A DNA stretch of 64,000 bases from an uncultured virus (IMG/VR IMGVR_UViG_3300022602_000089) (lineage: Duplodnaviria > Heunggongvirae > Uroviricota > Caudoviricetes), in IMG/VR virus record IMGVR_UViG_3300022602_000089; one strand, written 5' to 3'. This document shows, piece by piece, positions 19,967 through 29,606 of this stretch. Below the pieces are notes generated by a model, which saw only the letters and a program-made list of their open reading frames with translations, had not been told where the DNA came from and made no database searches. The position numbers and the translations under genes were made by a program. Every line of letters begins with the position of its first letter. Within the stretch, counting starts at the first letter, position 1.

Positions 19967-20770
19967 ATGGCAGAAAGTTATTCAACCTCATTAAAACTAA
20001 CCATAATAGGCGCTGGTGATCTTGCTGGTACTTGGGGTAATGTTACTAATACGAATCTTGGGTCTTTACTTGAACAAGCAATTACTGGTGTGCAAACCAT
20101 TAATATTTCTGGGCTTAGTTCTTATACATTAACTAATATTAATGGATCATTGGATGATGCAAGAAATGCTGTTCTTATATTTCAAAACGCGACTCAAGCA
20201 TGTACGATTGTCTGCCCAGGCGGTTCAGCAAATAAAGTGTATGCGATTGTTAATCAAGGTTCTTATAACATAGTAATGTCCGCATCTGGAGGTAGCCAAA
20301 CATTAACTATTCCAGCTGGTATGACAGCGCAAGTTTATTTAGATGGTACGAATCAAACAGGTAGTGGAATTGGTGTATATTCATTATTAAATGGGGTTCC
20401 TGGGGCTTTTATTGTAGGTGGAAGCTTAACAGCTAATGGGGTTTCTGACTTAGGAGCTTTATCTGCAACAACAGGTACGTTTAGTGGGGCTGTATCAGGT
20501 ACCTCAACAATTACAGCAGGAACTAATTTTATTGGTCCTGGCACAGGATTAACAGGCACAGCAACAAGCCTTTCTATTGGTGGCAATGCCGCCACCGCAA
20601 CAAGCGCAACAACTGCAACAAGTGCAACGCAAGTAGTTATGACAGACTTTTCAATTAAAGAAGTTAGCGGTAAAATTTATTTTTATTATGGGGCTACACA
20701 AATAGCATCTATTGATTCATCAGGAAACTTTACCTCTCTCGCTAACGTAACTGGATATGGAACACCATAA
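19967..20770 (+). CDS. Tail fibre/spike protein
   Basis: YSTSLKL..GTWG..TNTNL..LLEQAI N-terminus; GNAATATSA repeats. Confidence 0.7.
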   Translation: MAESYSTSLKLTIIGAGDLAGTWGNVTNTNLGSLLEQAITGVQTINISGLSSYTLTNINGSLDDARNAVLIFQNATQACTIVCPGGSANKVYAIVNQGSYNIVMSASGGSQTLTIPAGMTAQVYLDGTNQTGSGIGVYSLLNGVPGAFIVGGSLTANGVSDLGALSATTGTFSGAVSGTSTITAGTNFIGPGTGLTGTATSLSIGGNAATATSATTATSATQVVMTDFSIKEVSGKIYFYYGATQIASIDSSGNFTSLANVTGYGTP

Positions 20771-21843
20771 TGGCTACATATTTACAAACATCTGGCGCAA
20801 TTTCACTTAATGATATTAATACTGTGTTCGGTCGTGGGACAGCAATAAGCAATTACACAGGTACGACGTATTACACATCCACTACAGGACCAAACACGTT
20901 CCCTTCAACTAATCTGTCATTTAATAATTTTTATGGTACTGGACCTACTGCTAACCGAGCAACATTAGCATATACGTTTAGTTCAAATACTGCAAATGCA
21001 TCATTAAATGTAACTTCAATTAGCGGATATGTTGCAGGTAAATCTGATATTACAATCACAGTAAATAGTGGAATTTATTTATACGCAACAACTACATCTA
21101 ATGCAGGGTTAACACTTTCAGGTGGAACATCAGGCGATACAATCACTCTTGTAAATAACGGATACATAGCAGGTCAAGGTGGTGGTGGTGGTTTTGTTGG
21201 CGCAGGTGGTAACGGTGGCGTTGGACTATCTTTAGGATTTAATACCACAGTAAACAATACAAACGGTTCCGCATATATTGGTGGTGGTGGTGGTGGTGGT
21301 GGTGGTGGTTCCAACGGTGTCAATACTGGTTCAGGTGGAGGTGGTGGAGCGGGAGGTGGGAATGGAGGTACTGGCGATTCAGGATCAGGCGGTAGCGGAG
21401 CATATGCGGGAGGAACAGGGTCTTCGGGTAGTTCCAATTCTGGCGGCGGTGGTGGAGGCGTTTTCCCTGGAACGGGAGGATCGGGCGGTAGTTCCAATAC
21501 TAGTGGTTATCAAAGAGAACCCGGTTCTGGTGGAAGTGCAGGTGGTGGGGGAGGGTCAGCATCTCTCGCACTTAAAGGTACTGAAGCAGAATATAATAGT
21601 GGAGGCGGAGGTGGATGGGGTGCTTCAGGAGGAACAGGATACGGTACTGGTGGTACAAATTCCATATCTGGCTATGGCGGAAGTGGCGGTTCATCAAACG
21701 GTGTAGGGGGTAACGGCTCTGTTCCAAACTATAATCAAGTTACTAATTCAGGAGGATCGGGAGGTAATGCAGTTGCATTAAATGGACATACAGTAACTTG
21801 GGTAAGTGGTAATACAACTAGAGTATATGGGGCGGTAGCATGA
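20770..21843 (+). CDS. Glycine-rich receptor-binding adhesin (gp38-like)
   Basis: SGAISL.DI N-terminus, NNGYIAGQGG, many poly-Gly segments, GGGGGWGASGG, C-terminal TW...RVYGAV. Confidence 0.75.
   Translation: MATYLQTSGAISLNDINTVFGRGTAISNYTGTTYYTSTTGPNTFPSTNLSFNNFYGTGPTANRATLAYTFSSNTANASLNVTSISGYVAGKSDITITVNSGIYLYATTTSNAGLTLSGGTSGDTITLVNNGYIAGQGGGGGFVGAGGNGGVGLSLGFNTTVNNTNGSAYIGGGGGGGGGGSNGVNTGSGGGGGAGGGNGGTGDSGSGGSGAYAGGTGSSGSSNSGGGGGGVFPGTGGSGGSSNTSGYQREPGSGGSAGGGGGSASLALKGTEAEYNSGGGGGWGASGGTGYGTGGTNSISGYGGSGGSSNGVGGNGSVPNYNQVTNSGGSGGNAVALNGHTVTWVSGNTTRVYGAVA
21280..21309 (+). repeat. (GGT)10 in-frame trinucleotide repeat
   Basis: Read directly; encodes Gly10. Confidence 0.95.
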
Positions 21844-22496
21844 GGATGATTATTGACCAAACTGTTTGTGACGGAACAGGTATGTGCGGCGAAGGCTATG
21901 ACTTAATACATGAATACCGAATGATTCATAATTTACCATTGTTTAATTTTGATGAAGTTCTTGATATATTAAAGAAAAATAATAGAAGAGATTTTGCTAT
22001 TTGGATGTTGGAAAAACGTAATTTGTATATTCAAGCAGGTAACTATACAACTACAGCAGAAGAAGATGCAACAGATGCACATGAATTGCAATTAGCCACA
22101 ACCCTTGATGGCACTATTTCTGGGTACTCTTTTTTAAACACAACGTATGCAACGATTGGTGATGCACAAAATGCAAAACAAGCATGGGTAAACCAAAATA
22201 CAGTTTTAGTAAAAGAAACAATTTCTGCATCAGAAGAAATATTTAACGAGAATGGCGATGCAACGTGGATACCAATAAACATGGACACCATAACAGAATT
22301 GCCAAGCGGTTCTTTTATTCAATTGTTTAATCCTGTTACAGGAGCACACACCCAATACTCAACATTGACGGAAGCCAAAACTGCATATAATCAAATTTTA
22401 GAGAACACATTAATGCAACGGTTTGGGAACCCTGCGATTTTTAAAGTGATGATACATTCTGTCTACGGTGATACATATTTAGGAGATGCTGTGTGA
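21840..22496 (+). CDS. Hypothetical protein next to the adhesin
   Basis: ATGA coupling; 218-aa ORF. Confidence 0.65.
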   Translation: MRMIIDQTVCDGTGMCGEGYDLIHEYRMIHNLPLFNFDEVLDILKKNNRRDFAIWMLEKRNLYIQAGNYTTTAEEDATDAHELQLATTLDGTISGYSFLNTTYATIGDAQNAKQAWVNQNTVLVKETISASEEIFNENGDATWIPINMDTITELPSGSFIQLFNPVTGAHTQYSTLTEAKTAYNQILENTLMQRFGNPAIFKVMIHSVYGDTYLGDAV

Positions 22497-23053
22497 ACGA
22501 GTTTTTTAAAAAATTAAACATTAAATTTGACATTGAAAATTTATCTTTAGACACAGAAAATAAAAAGCATGATTACACATATTCTGCATTTCAAAAATAT
22601 GGCGTGGCATTATTAAAAAAACAAAAATTTATACCTACGCCAATAGATAGCCATTACGCAGATGATGTTGCCAAACAAAAAATATTAAACCAACTTCCAT
22701 TGTCGGTTTTTGAAATTGAAACACCCGATATTGGGATTGTTGAATTGTTTGCGAGAGATGGGGATGGCAGTGGAACTCCAATATTAGCACCCCCACATAT
22801 TGATCCTGGCAGAATATGCTGTATTAATATTTATGAAAACATTAACGGTGAAGAAACAAGTTTTTATGAGTATGAAAGAGGCGGTAAAATAAATAAAGTA
22901 ACAAGTTTTACAGCACAAAATGGTGACGCATATTTACTTAACGTAACCAAACCTCATTCCGTAGAAATGATACCGGGAAAATCTAGAAAATTTTTTACTG
23001 TTACATTTAGAAAAACACCTTTTGAAAAACTTTTGGAGTGTTTAAACAAGTGA
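22493..23053 (+). CDS. Putative 2OG-Fe(II) oxygenase/cupin-fold protein
   Basis: PHID...PHSV (HxD...H) followed by a conserved-type Arg. Confidence 0.6.
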   Translation: MNEFFKKLNIKFDIENLSLDTENKKHDYTYSAFQKYGVALLKKQKFIPTPIDSHYADDVAKQKILNQLPLSVFEIETPDIGIVELFARDGDGSGTPILAPPHIDPGRICCINIYENINGEETSFYEYERGGKINKVTSFTAQNGDAYLLNVTKPHSVEMIPGKSRKFFTVTFRKTPFEKLLECLNK

Positions 23054-23506
23054 ATGCCAAACGTCAATCCAATTGCCGAAGGAGCAAAATCTCTTAGTGA
23101 AGGATTAAATCAGGCTCGTGAAGCAGGGAAAGGTCTTACCAAAACAATTGAAGATATACAGCGTGATGGTAAAGACGTAGCAAAAAAAGATTTAGAAGAT
23201 CACCAACGCCAACGTATACATGCAGAAGCAATGGAAAACTCGGTAATCTACCGAGCGATTCAGGAGTACAAAAACCAAAGCGAAATTATTCAAGCCGAGA
23301 ACAAAGCGGAAAAAGATTTTAAAGACAAGTACGGTGAGAAAGAGTGGGCAAAGGTGCTTGAGTTAAAAGTGGTGGTTGAACGAGAACGCAAGGAAAATCA
23401 AACGCATTATGGACATAAATTAAAGGATGTTCAAAGGGTTCAAATGTATTGTTGGATTGCTGCTTTTATTGTTACCTGTCTTTTGTATTACTTTCACCTT
23501 GTATGA
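23054..23506 (+). CDS. Coiled-coil protein with C-terminal membrane anchor
   Basis: Charged helical body and hydrophobic C-terminus. Confidence 0.65.
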   Translation: MPNVNPIAEGAKSLSEGLNQAREAGKGLTKTIEDIQRDGKDVAKKDLEDHQRQRIHAEAMENSVIYRAIQEYKNQSEIIQAENKAEKDFKDKYGEKEWAKVLELKVVVERERKENQTHYGHKLKDVQRVQMYCWIAAFIVTCLLYYFHLV

Positions 23507-23673
23507 CGCTCTATTGGTTCGTGGTGTTCTTAATAGAACTTGGCTTATGGAGTCAAATTGCATTTTTACATTGGGAAATCAAGCAATTACAGCAGACAAA
23601 AAAGCCAATTCGATTTAAAATTACTAGGACTATTACCGAAGAACGAACCAAAAAGGACATTGTGCGTGGATGA
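23503..23673 (+). CDS. Small membrane protein
   Basis: ATGA coupling; MTLYWFVVFLIELGLW hydrophobic N-terminus. Confidence 0.5.
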   Translation: MTLYWFVVFLIELGLWSQIAFLHWEIKQLQQTKKPIRFKITRTITEERTKKDIVRG

Positions 23674-23743
23674 TGAAGTGTTTAAACTGTGGACAGTCTT
23701 TGCATTAGTTTGTATGATGATAATTATTCTTCTAAAGGATTGA
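23666..23743 (+). CDS. Possible 25-aa membrane peptide
   Basis: GTG start; MDDEVFKLWTVFALVCMMIIILLKD; ends just before the holin start. Confidence 0.35.
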   Translation: MDDEVFKLWTVFALVCMMIIILLKD

Positions 23744-23744
23744 T

Positions 23745-24236
23745 ATGGATTGGTTAGCTCAAATCGCACCTGGCATTGCTACTGCTCTAGGTGGACCACT
23801 AGCAGGTCTTGCTGTTACTGCTGTATCAAAAGCACTTGGTATTGATGAAAAAGATGTGCAGTCTACAATTGAATCAGGCAAACTTACTTCAGATCAACTG
23901 ACATCTATAAAGCAAGCTGAATTAGAATTGCAAAAACAAGCTAATGAACTGGGTTTAGACTTTGAAAAACTTGCGGTAGATGATCGTAAATCTGCAAGAG
24001 ATATGCAAACAGCAACGCATTCATGGATTCCACCATTACTTTCTATTTTAATTACAGCTGGATTTTTTGGGATTTTATTTGCTTTGATGATGGGATATGC
24101 TACAAAGTCTGATGAATTAATGATTATGTTAGGTTCATTATCAACTGCTTGGGTTGGTATCGTCTCTTTTTACTTTGGTTCATCTGCTGGTAGTCAAAAG
24201 AAAGATGAGCTATTACATCAAAGTACACCGGCATGA
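23745..24236 (+). CDS. Holin-like membrane protein
   Basis: APGIATALGGPLAG, DRKSAR, two TM segments, FYFGSS; directly before the endolysin. Confidence 0.7.
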   Translation: MDWLAQIAPGIATALGGPLAGLAVTAVSKALGIDEKDVQSTIESGKLTSDQLTSIKQAELELQKQANELGLDFEKLAVDDRKSARDMQTATHSWIPPLLSILITAGFFGILFALMMGYATKSDELMIMLGSLSTAWVGIVSFYFGSSAGSQKKDELLHQSTPA

Positions 24237-24748
24237 AAGAAAATTACTACGCATCATTAGCTCAAGTATTAAAGAGCGAAGGACTTTGGAGTGACAACCC
24301 TGCCGACCCTGGAGGAGCCACTATGAAAGGAATTACGTTAGAAGTATACCGTGCGTGGAAACGAAATCCATATATTACAAAAGAAGAATTAAAGGCTATT
24401 TCAGATGCTGATGTACATGATCTTTACAAACAAAAATATTGGGATGTATGTCATTGTGACGATCTTCCAGCTGGTATTGATTATGCAGTCTTTGACGCTT
24501 CAGTTAATATGGGAGTTGGTCGAGCCGCTAAATTAATTCAAGAAGCTACTAATTGCGCGCCAGATGGAATTATCGGACAGGGAACTTTAAATGCAATTAA
24601 GATGCAGGATAGTAAATCGATTCTTGATAAGTTTGCTACCCTAAAAGAAAACTTTTATAGATCACTAAGTACTTTTCCTACTTTTGGTAATGGGTGGTTA
24701 AATAGAGTTGCATCAGTTAAAACAATTTCAGAAGAGATGTTAGGGTAA
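24233..24748 (+). CDS. Endolysin, glycoside hydrolase family 108 with peptidoglycan-binding domain
   Basis: EG....P.DPGGAT..GIT, FD..VN.G, DGIIG..T and FG.GW.NRV motifs. Confidence 0.9.
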   Translation: MKENYYASLAQVLKSEGLWSDNPADPGGATMKGITLEVYRAWKRNPYITKEELKAISDADVHDLYKQKYWDVCHCDDLPAGIDYAVFDASVNMGVGRAAKLIQEATNCAPDGIIGQGTLNAIKMQDSKSILDKFATLKENFYRSLSTFPTFGNGWLNRVASVKTISEEMLG

Positions 24749-24753
24749 TACCT

Positions 24754-27195
24754 ATGCCGTTACGTAAATTAACTTTAAAGCCAGGTCTATATCGAGAAGG
24801 TACTGATTATTCTAATTCAGGTGGTTGGTACGACGGGGATAAAGTTCGTTTTCGTTCTGGCCTTCCTGAAAAAATTGGCGGTTGGACCCAAGTAAGTGCA
24901 AATACATTTAATGGTATTGCCCGTTCAATCTGGGTATGGTCAAGTGCCACTACAGGTATCAGTAACAATTATATTGGCGTTGGAACAAGTACTAACTATT
25001 ATATTTATTATGGTGGTATTTATAATGACATTACCCCCATTGTTCAAACAGATACTTCTGTTACTTTAACAACTAACGGTACATTTACTGTAACCCTTAC
25101 CGATGCTTCTTATAGCCCAAACGTGGGCGACTATATTAATTTTAGTACTCCGTACACAGTAGGCGGGTATACGTTTATTGGAAATTATTTAGTACTTTCA
25201 ACACCTACTTCTACAACATATACGATTTCAGCACTAACTGCTCCATCTACGGCAAGTGGCACGGTAACTGTTAATTATTTATACCCTAGTGGATCAAGTA
25301 CTTATACAACTGGTACTGGTTGGGGTGCGGGGCCTTGGGGCGGGACAACGGGTTTTTCTACATTTAGTTTAACTAATCCTTTTACAACAACAGCGAGTAG
25401 TTATGTTGTTTCAGTTACACAAACAGCGCACGGATTAACTACTGGTAATTCTGTATCTTTCTTAAGTGTTGCTTCCGCAGTAGGCGGTATACCTAAAGGA
25501 GTATTACAACAATCTTACGCGGTTACGGTTACTGGGGCGAATACTTACACAATTAATGTATCAGCTGCTTATTCTGGTTCAGTTACATCCGCAACTGGGG
25601 GTGGGGCTGTTACTGTATTTATACCTGCTACATCATCAACGTCAACTCCAGCAGCTACAGGTTGGGGTAGTGCGGCAGCTTCAGGAAATGCGTCGTCTGG
25701 TACACAATTACGTTTATGGAGCCAAGATAACTTTGGAGCTGATCTTGTTTTTGCTCCTCGCGGTGGACCTATTTATTACTGGCAAAACGCACAAGGCTTA
25801 AATGTTCGAGCACAGTCTTTGCAAAGTCTTGCAAATTCAACAACGCTTTTAACCGATGCAACTACATTTAGTTCTGGATCCACCAGTATTACGGTAACTT
25901 CAGCTAATGCCCCTTACGTCTACCCCTACATGTACATTAGTGGTACCGGCATCCCAGCAGGTACTTATATAACTGCAATAAATAATGTTACAGGTGTTGG
26001 CACAATTAGTAATATGACAACAGCTAGTTCTAGTGGCAGTTACACGGTAACTTATGCAGGTGCATTTATACCTAACTCAACTTATCAAGTTTTAGCTTCT
26101 GACGTTCAAGAATTTATTATTTGTTTTGGGGCTAATCCATATAGCCCAGGCGCTCCAACAACATCATTTAACCCTTTACTTGTACGTTGGTCAGATCAAG
26201 GTAATCCTTATCAATGGATACCAGAAATTACAAATCAGTCTGGTGAATATGCGCTCGGCAATGGTTCATATATTGTAGGTGCTCGTTCAACCCGTCAAGA
26301 GATTTTAGTTTGGACTGACTCAGCAATTTATTCTATGCAGTATATTGGTACACCATATGTTTGGGGATTTCAGCTTTTGATGGATAACATATCCGTTATG
26401 GGGCCCAACTCAATGATTACAGTAAATAATACAACTTACTGGATGGGGCGTGATCGATTTTACATGTATAACGGTACGGTACAAACTTTGCCTTGTACGT
26501 TAAAACAATATATTTACGCTGACATTAACCAGAACCAAAACTTCCAAGTATTTTGCGGAACTAACGAAGGGTTTAATGAAATCTGGTGGTTTTATGTTTC
26601 TATTGATGGAAACAATGGGTCTAATACGCAACCGAATACAATCATCGATAAATACGTCATATACAACTACTTAGATAACAATTGGTCTTACGGGACAATG
26701 GCTAGGTCTGCCTGGTTCCAAACTGGCATTAATCAATTCCCAATTGCAGCTGATTACAATAGCCGACTGCTGTATCACGAAAATGGCTGTGACGATGTAT
26801 CAACTGGTACTCCTCAACCAATTACATCGTATATTCAATCTTCTGATTTTGAAGTTAGTCCAGATGATGCGGGGCAACATTTTGGGTTTGTATGGCGTAT
26901 GTTCCCTGACGTTAACTTTAACGGCTCTACTTCTAATGCGCCATCAGTTACTATTCAAATTTTACCTAGAAACAGTTCAGGTTCTGCTTATGGATCCGCA
27001 GCTAATCCGACTGTAACGAGCGCGCAGAATTATACACAAATACCTGAATATACAATCCAACAATTTACTGGTGAAGTATTTACAAGACTTCGTGGTAGGC
27101 AAATGGCATTTATAATAAAGTCAACGGGGCAAAATGGCGTGGCTTGGCAGTTGGGAACGCCTCGTTTTGATACTAGACCTGATGGGCGTAGATAA
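24754..27195 (+). CDS. Tail nozzle/head-closure protein (P22 gp10-like)
   Basis: GGWYD.DKVRFR.G.PEKIGGW, VRWSDQ, EIWWFY, RLRGRQ and DGRR motifs. Confidence 0.7.
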   Translation: MPLRKLTLKPGLYREGTDYSNSGGWYDGDKVRFRSGLPEKIGGWTQVSANTFNGIARSIWVWSSATTGISNNYIGVGTSTNYYIYYGGIYNDITPIVQTDTSVTLTTNGTFTVTLTDASYSPNVGDYINFSTPYTVGGYTFIGNYLVLSTPTSTTYTISALTAPSTASGTVTVNYLYPSGSSTYTTGTGWGAGPWGGTTGFSTFSLTNPFTTTASSYVVSVTQTAHGLTTGNSVSFLSVASAVGGIPKGVLQQSYAVTVTGANTYTINVSAAYSGSVTSATGGGAVTVFIPATSSTSTPAATGWGSAAASGNASSGTQLRLWSQDNFGADLVFAPRGGPIYYWQNAQGLNVRAQSLQSLANSTTLLTDATTFSSGSTSITVTSANAPYVYPYMYISGTGIPAGTYITAINNVTGVGTISNMTTASSSGSYTVTYAGAFIPNSTYQVLASDVQEFIICFGANPYSPGAPTTSFNPLLVRWSDQGNPYQWIPEITNQSGEYALGNGSYIVGARSTRQEILVWTDSAIYSMQYIGTPYVWGFQLLMDNISVMGPNSMITVNNTTYWMGRDRFYMYNGTVQTLPCTLKQYIYADINQNQNFQVFCGTNEGFNEIWWFYVSIDGNNGSNTQPNTIIDKYVIYNYLDNNWSYGTMARSAWFQTGINQFPIAADYNSRLLYHENGCDDVSTGTPQPITSYIQSSDFEVSPDDAGQHFGFVWRMFPDVNFNGSTSNAPSVTIQILPRNSSGSAYGSAANPTVTSAQNYTQIPEYTIQQFTGEVFTRLRGRQMAFIIKSTGQNGVAWQLGTPRFDTRPDGRR

Positions 27196-27497
27196 TGGCT
27201 AACGTCGATATCCAGAATTACAATGGCACCCCACTAGCCCCAACGCCGCCTAATTTACCTAATGCTCCTACAACATATGACCAGGCTACTGAAAGTAGAA
27301 TATTAAACGTATTAAGACTTTACTTTAACCAATTGAATAACTATATTCAAGCGCTTGGGACACCAAAATACGGTTTAAAAAGCCAACGACCCCTAACAAA
27401 CCAACAAATTGGACAGTTTTACTTTGATACAACTTTAGGGTATCCTGTATGGTGGAACGGTAGTAAATGGGTCAACTATAATGGAACGGCAGTCTAA
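27195..27497 (+). CDS. Small tail protein
   Basis: PNLP..P..YD, LRLYFNQL and GQFYFDTTLG.PVWWNG motifs. Confidence 0.65.
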   Translation: MANVDIQNYNGTPLAPTPPNLPNAPTTYDQATESRILNVLRLYFNQLNNYIQALGTPKYGLKSQRPLTNQQIGQFYFDTTLGYPVWWNGSKWVNYNGTAV

Positions 27498-27884
27498 ATG
27501 TTATCATTAATTGAACAGAAAAAGTTAGAAGCATTGCTACCTGAGCTTAGAGCTTTACCGCAAGCGGATTGTAAAGAAAAACATTATTTTGCGCCGGGTT
27601 TATACGTGAAAGAAGTAACAATGCCAACCGGTGCGATAGTTGTTGGTAAACCCCATAAAACAGAACATTTATGCGTCATGCTTCAAGGGCGTATGAGAGT
27701 AAAAAACGAAGCTGGTGAAGTTGTAGAGTTAGTTGCTCCAACTACGTTTGTTGGTAAACCAGGCCGAAAAATAGCTTATATTTTAGAGACTGTTGTGTTT
27801 CAGAATATATTTGCTACAGAGGAAACTGATATAGAAAAATTAGAACTTATGTTTATAGATACTTTAGCATTGGAAGGAAAATAA
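27498..27884 (+). CDS. Cupin-like protein
   Basis: HYFAPGLYVKE...G..HKTEH. Confidence 0.65.
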   Translation: MLSLIEQKKLEALLPELRALPQADCKEKHYFAPGLYVKEVTMPTGAIVVGKPHKTEHLCVMLQGRMRVKNEAGEVVELVAPTTFVGKPGRKIAYILETVVFQNIFATEETDIEKLELMFIDTLALEGK

Positions 27885-27885
27885 T

Positions 27886-29247
27886 ATGGCATTCGTTGAC
27901 GTTGCTTTAGCTGTTGGTTCAGCGGTTGGGGCCGATGCTCTTGGCGCTACTGCTGCTACGGTTATTGGCGGGGGGTTACTAGGCGCGGGTGTTGGTGGTC
28001 TTTACGGCGGATTAACAGGCGGCAATATCGGGCAAGATATGCTGATGGGTGCTGGAATAGGGGCTGGAGGCGCTGGGCTAGGTACAGCTTTTGGAGCTGG
28101 CGCTGCTGGTGAAACCGCTGCTACTACTGCTGGGGGAACTGCTGCTACTACCGCTGGACCTGCCGCTACTGCATTTGCTCCTACATCGATGGCTAATATG
28201 CCACTATCAACAGATGTTGCCACAAACCCTTTGTTTACAAATACTGCGGGGGCTAATGCCGTTAATGGTACAGATATAGCTAGTGCGGCAAATACTGCAA
28301 GCTCTAGTTCTGGTCTTGATTCTGGTTTTAGTAAAGCCCTTAATTGGATGGATAATAATAGGGCTTTAACTGCTGGCGGCGTAATGCTAGGCGCTAATCT
28401 ATTGGGGCTAAATAAACCAACCACGTTTAATACTCCGACTACGGGTAGTGGGGTTAATACAAATTATTTTGCGCCTTTTACACCGCAAAATTTTCAGTCA
28501 TCGCGTATGCCAGTAACTACTAATCCAGTTAAACCTTCATACCAAAATTATGTTCAAAATCCTTATTCTCCGCCTCAACAAATGGCATCAGGCGGTATTG
28601 CTGGTTATGCGGATAGTAATTATGAAGATTTACAAAAATATGAAGACATGATATCGCCGCGAGCAGCTAGTAACCAAGACCCAAGCTGGATAACTAACCC
28701 AACTATACCCGCTGATAATCAAATACTAGATCAAAATACTAAAAGCATGTCCCCAGTTGAAGCAGCTAAATATCGCTTAGCGCAAGCTATGGCGCAAGCA
28801 GGTATGCCAACAAGTTCAGGTATCGGTCTATCTCAACAAACACATCCATATGGGGCTATTAATACTGATCCTGCTATGGTTCAACAAGCCCAAGCTCAAC
28901 AAGCTCAACAAGCTCAACAAGCTCAACAAACACAGAACGCCGCTAGTGGGGGCATTATGGGGTACAGTTTAGGCAATTACGCTTCAGGTGGTAATCCTCG
29001 TTTACTTAGCGGCCCAGGCGACGGTATGAGCGATGATATTCCTGCAACAATCGGCGAAAAACAACCAGCTAGATTAGCTGATGGTGAGTTTGTTGTACCT
29101 GCTGATGTGGTTAGTCATCTAGGTAATGGGTCTACTAAAGCCGGCGCAGATAAGTTGCATAACATGATGAACAAAATTAGAATGGATAAAACAGGTACAA
29201 AAAAACAAGCTCCTCAATTAAAAACGGATAAATATTTACCGAAATGA
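27886..29247 (+). CDS. Internal virion/ejection protein
   Basis: Gly/Ala hydrophobic N-terminus; xASGG motifs; GPGDGMSDDIPA...LADGEFVVPADVVS. Confidence 0.7.
   Translation: MAFVDVALAVGSAVGADALGATAATVIGGGLLGAGVGGLYGGLTGGNIGQDMLMGAGIGAGGAGLGTAFGAGAAGETAATTAGGTAATTAGPAATAFAPTSMANMPLSTDVATNPLFTNTAGANAVNGTDIASAANTASSSSGLDSGFSKALNWMDNNRALTAGGVMLGANLLGLNKPTTFNTPTTGSGVNTNYFAPFTPQNFQSSRMPVTTNPVKPSYQNYVQNPYSPPQQMASGGIAGYADSNYEDLQKYEDMISPRAASNQDPSWITNPTIPADNQILDQNTKSMSPVEAAKYRLAQAMAQAGMPTSSGIGLSQQTHPYGAINTDPAMVQQAQAQQAQQAQQAQQTQNAASGGIMGYSLGNYASGGNPRLLSGPGDGMSDDIPATIGEKQPARLADGEFVVPADVVSHLGNGSTKAGADKLHNMMNKIRMDKTGTKKQAPQLKTDKYLPK
28891..28929 (+). repeat. 9-bp tandem repeat CAAGCTCAA, 4 copies
   Basis: Read directly; encodes QAQ repeats. 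Confidence 0.9.
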
Positions 29248-29606
29248 ACTGGTGGGAAGAAGAATTTGAACGCCTTAAGCCACAAATAGAAGGCGCATTA
29301 TTTTATAATGCTGGTACACAAAGTTTAGAAGATGTTAAAGCTAGACTAGAAGATGGGCGATTTAGTTTGTGGAGTAATAAAGATTCAGTATTAATAATTG
29401 AAAACATAGAACTAAATAATAAACGGTACATAAATATTGCTTTAGGTGGCGGGGATTTAGAACAGGTTAAAGATTTAGTAAATCAAGTTGAAGCAACAGC
29501 TAAGACACTTGGATTTTATGGAGTTATGATTATCGGTAGACGTGGCTGGGGTAAGGTGTTACCTGAATATAAAGAAAAAGCTACTGTATTTATTAAGGAG
29601 ATTTAA
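29244..29606 (+). CDS. Small GNAT-like protein in the ejection module
   Basis: LGGGDL...IIGRRGW.KVL; position between ejection proteins. Confidence 0.45.
   Translation: MNWWEEEFERLKPQIEGALFYNAGTQSLEDVKARLEDGRFSLWSNKDSVLIIENIELNNKRYINIALGGGDLEQVKDLVNQVEATAKTLGFYGVMIIGRRGWGKVLPEYKEKATVFIKEI

Noticed and set aside
21174..21706. Poly-Pro and poly-Val ORFs in the track
   Set aside because: Alternative-frame shadows of the poly-Gly adhesin
16272..21843. Diversity-generating retroelement targeting the fibres
   Set aside because: No reverse transcriptase; repeats are in-frame and differ mainly at synonymous positions rather than specifically at adenines
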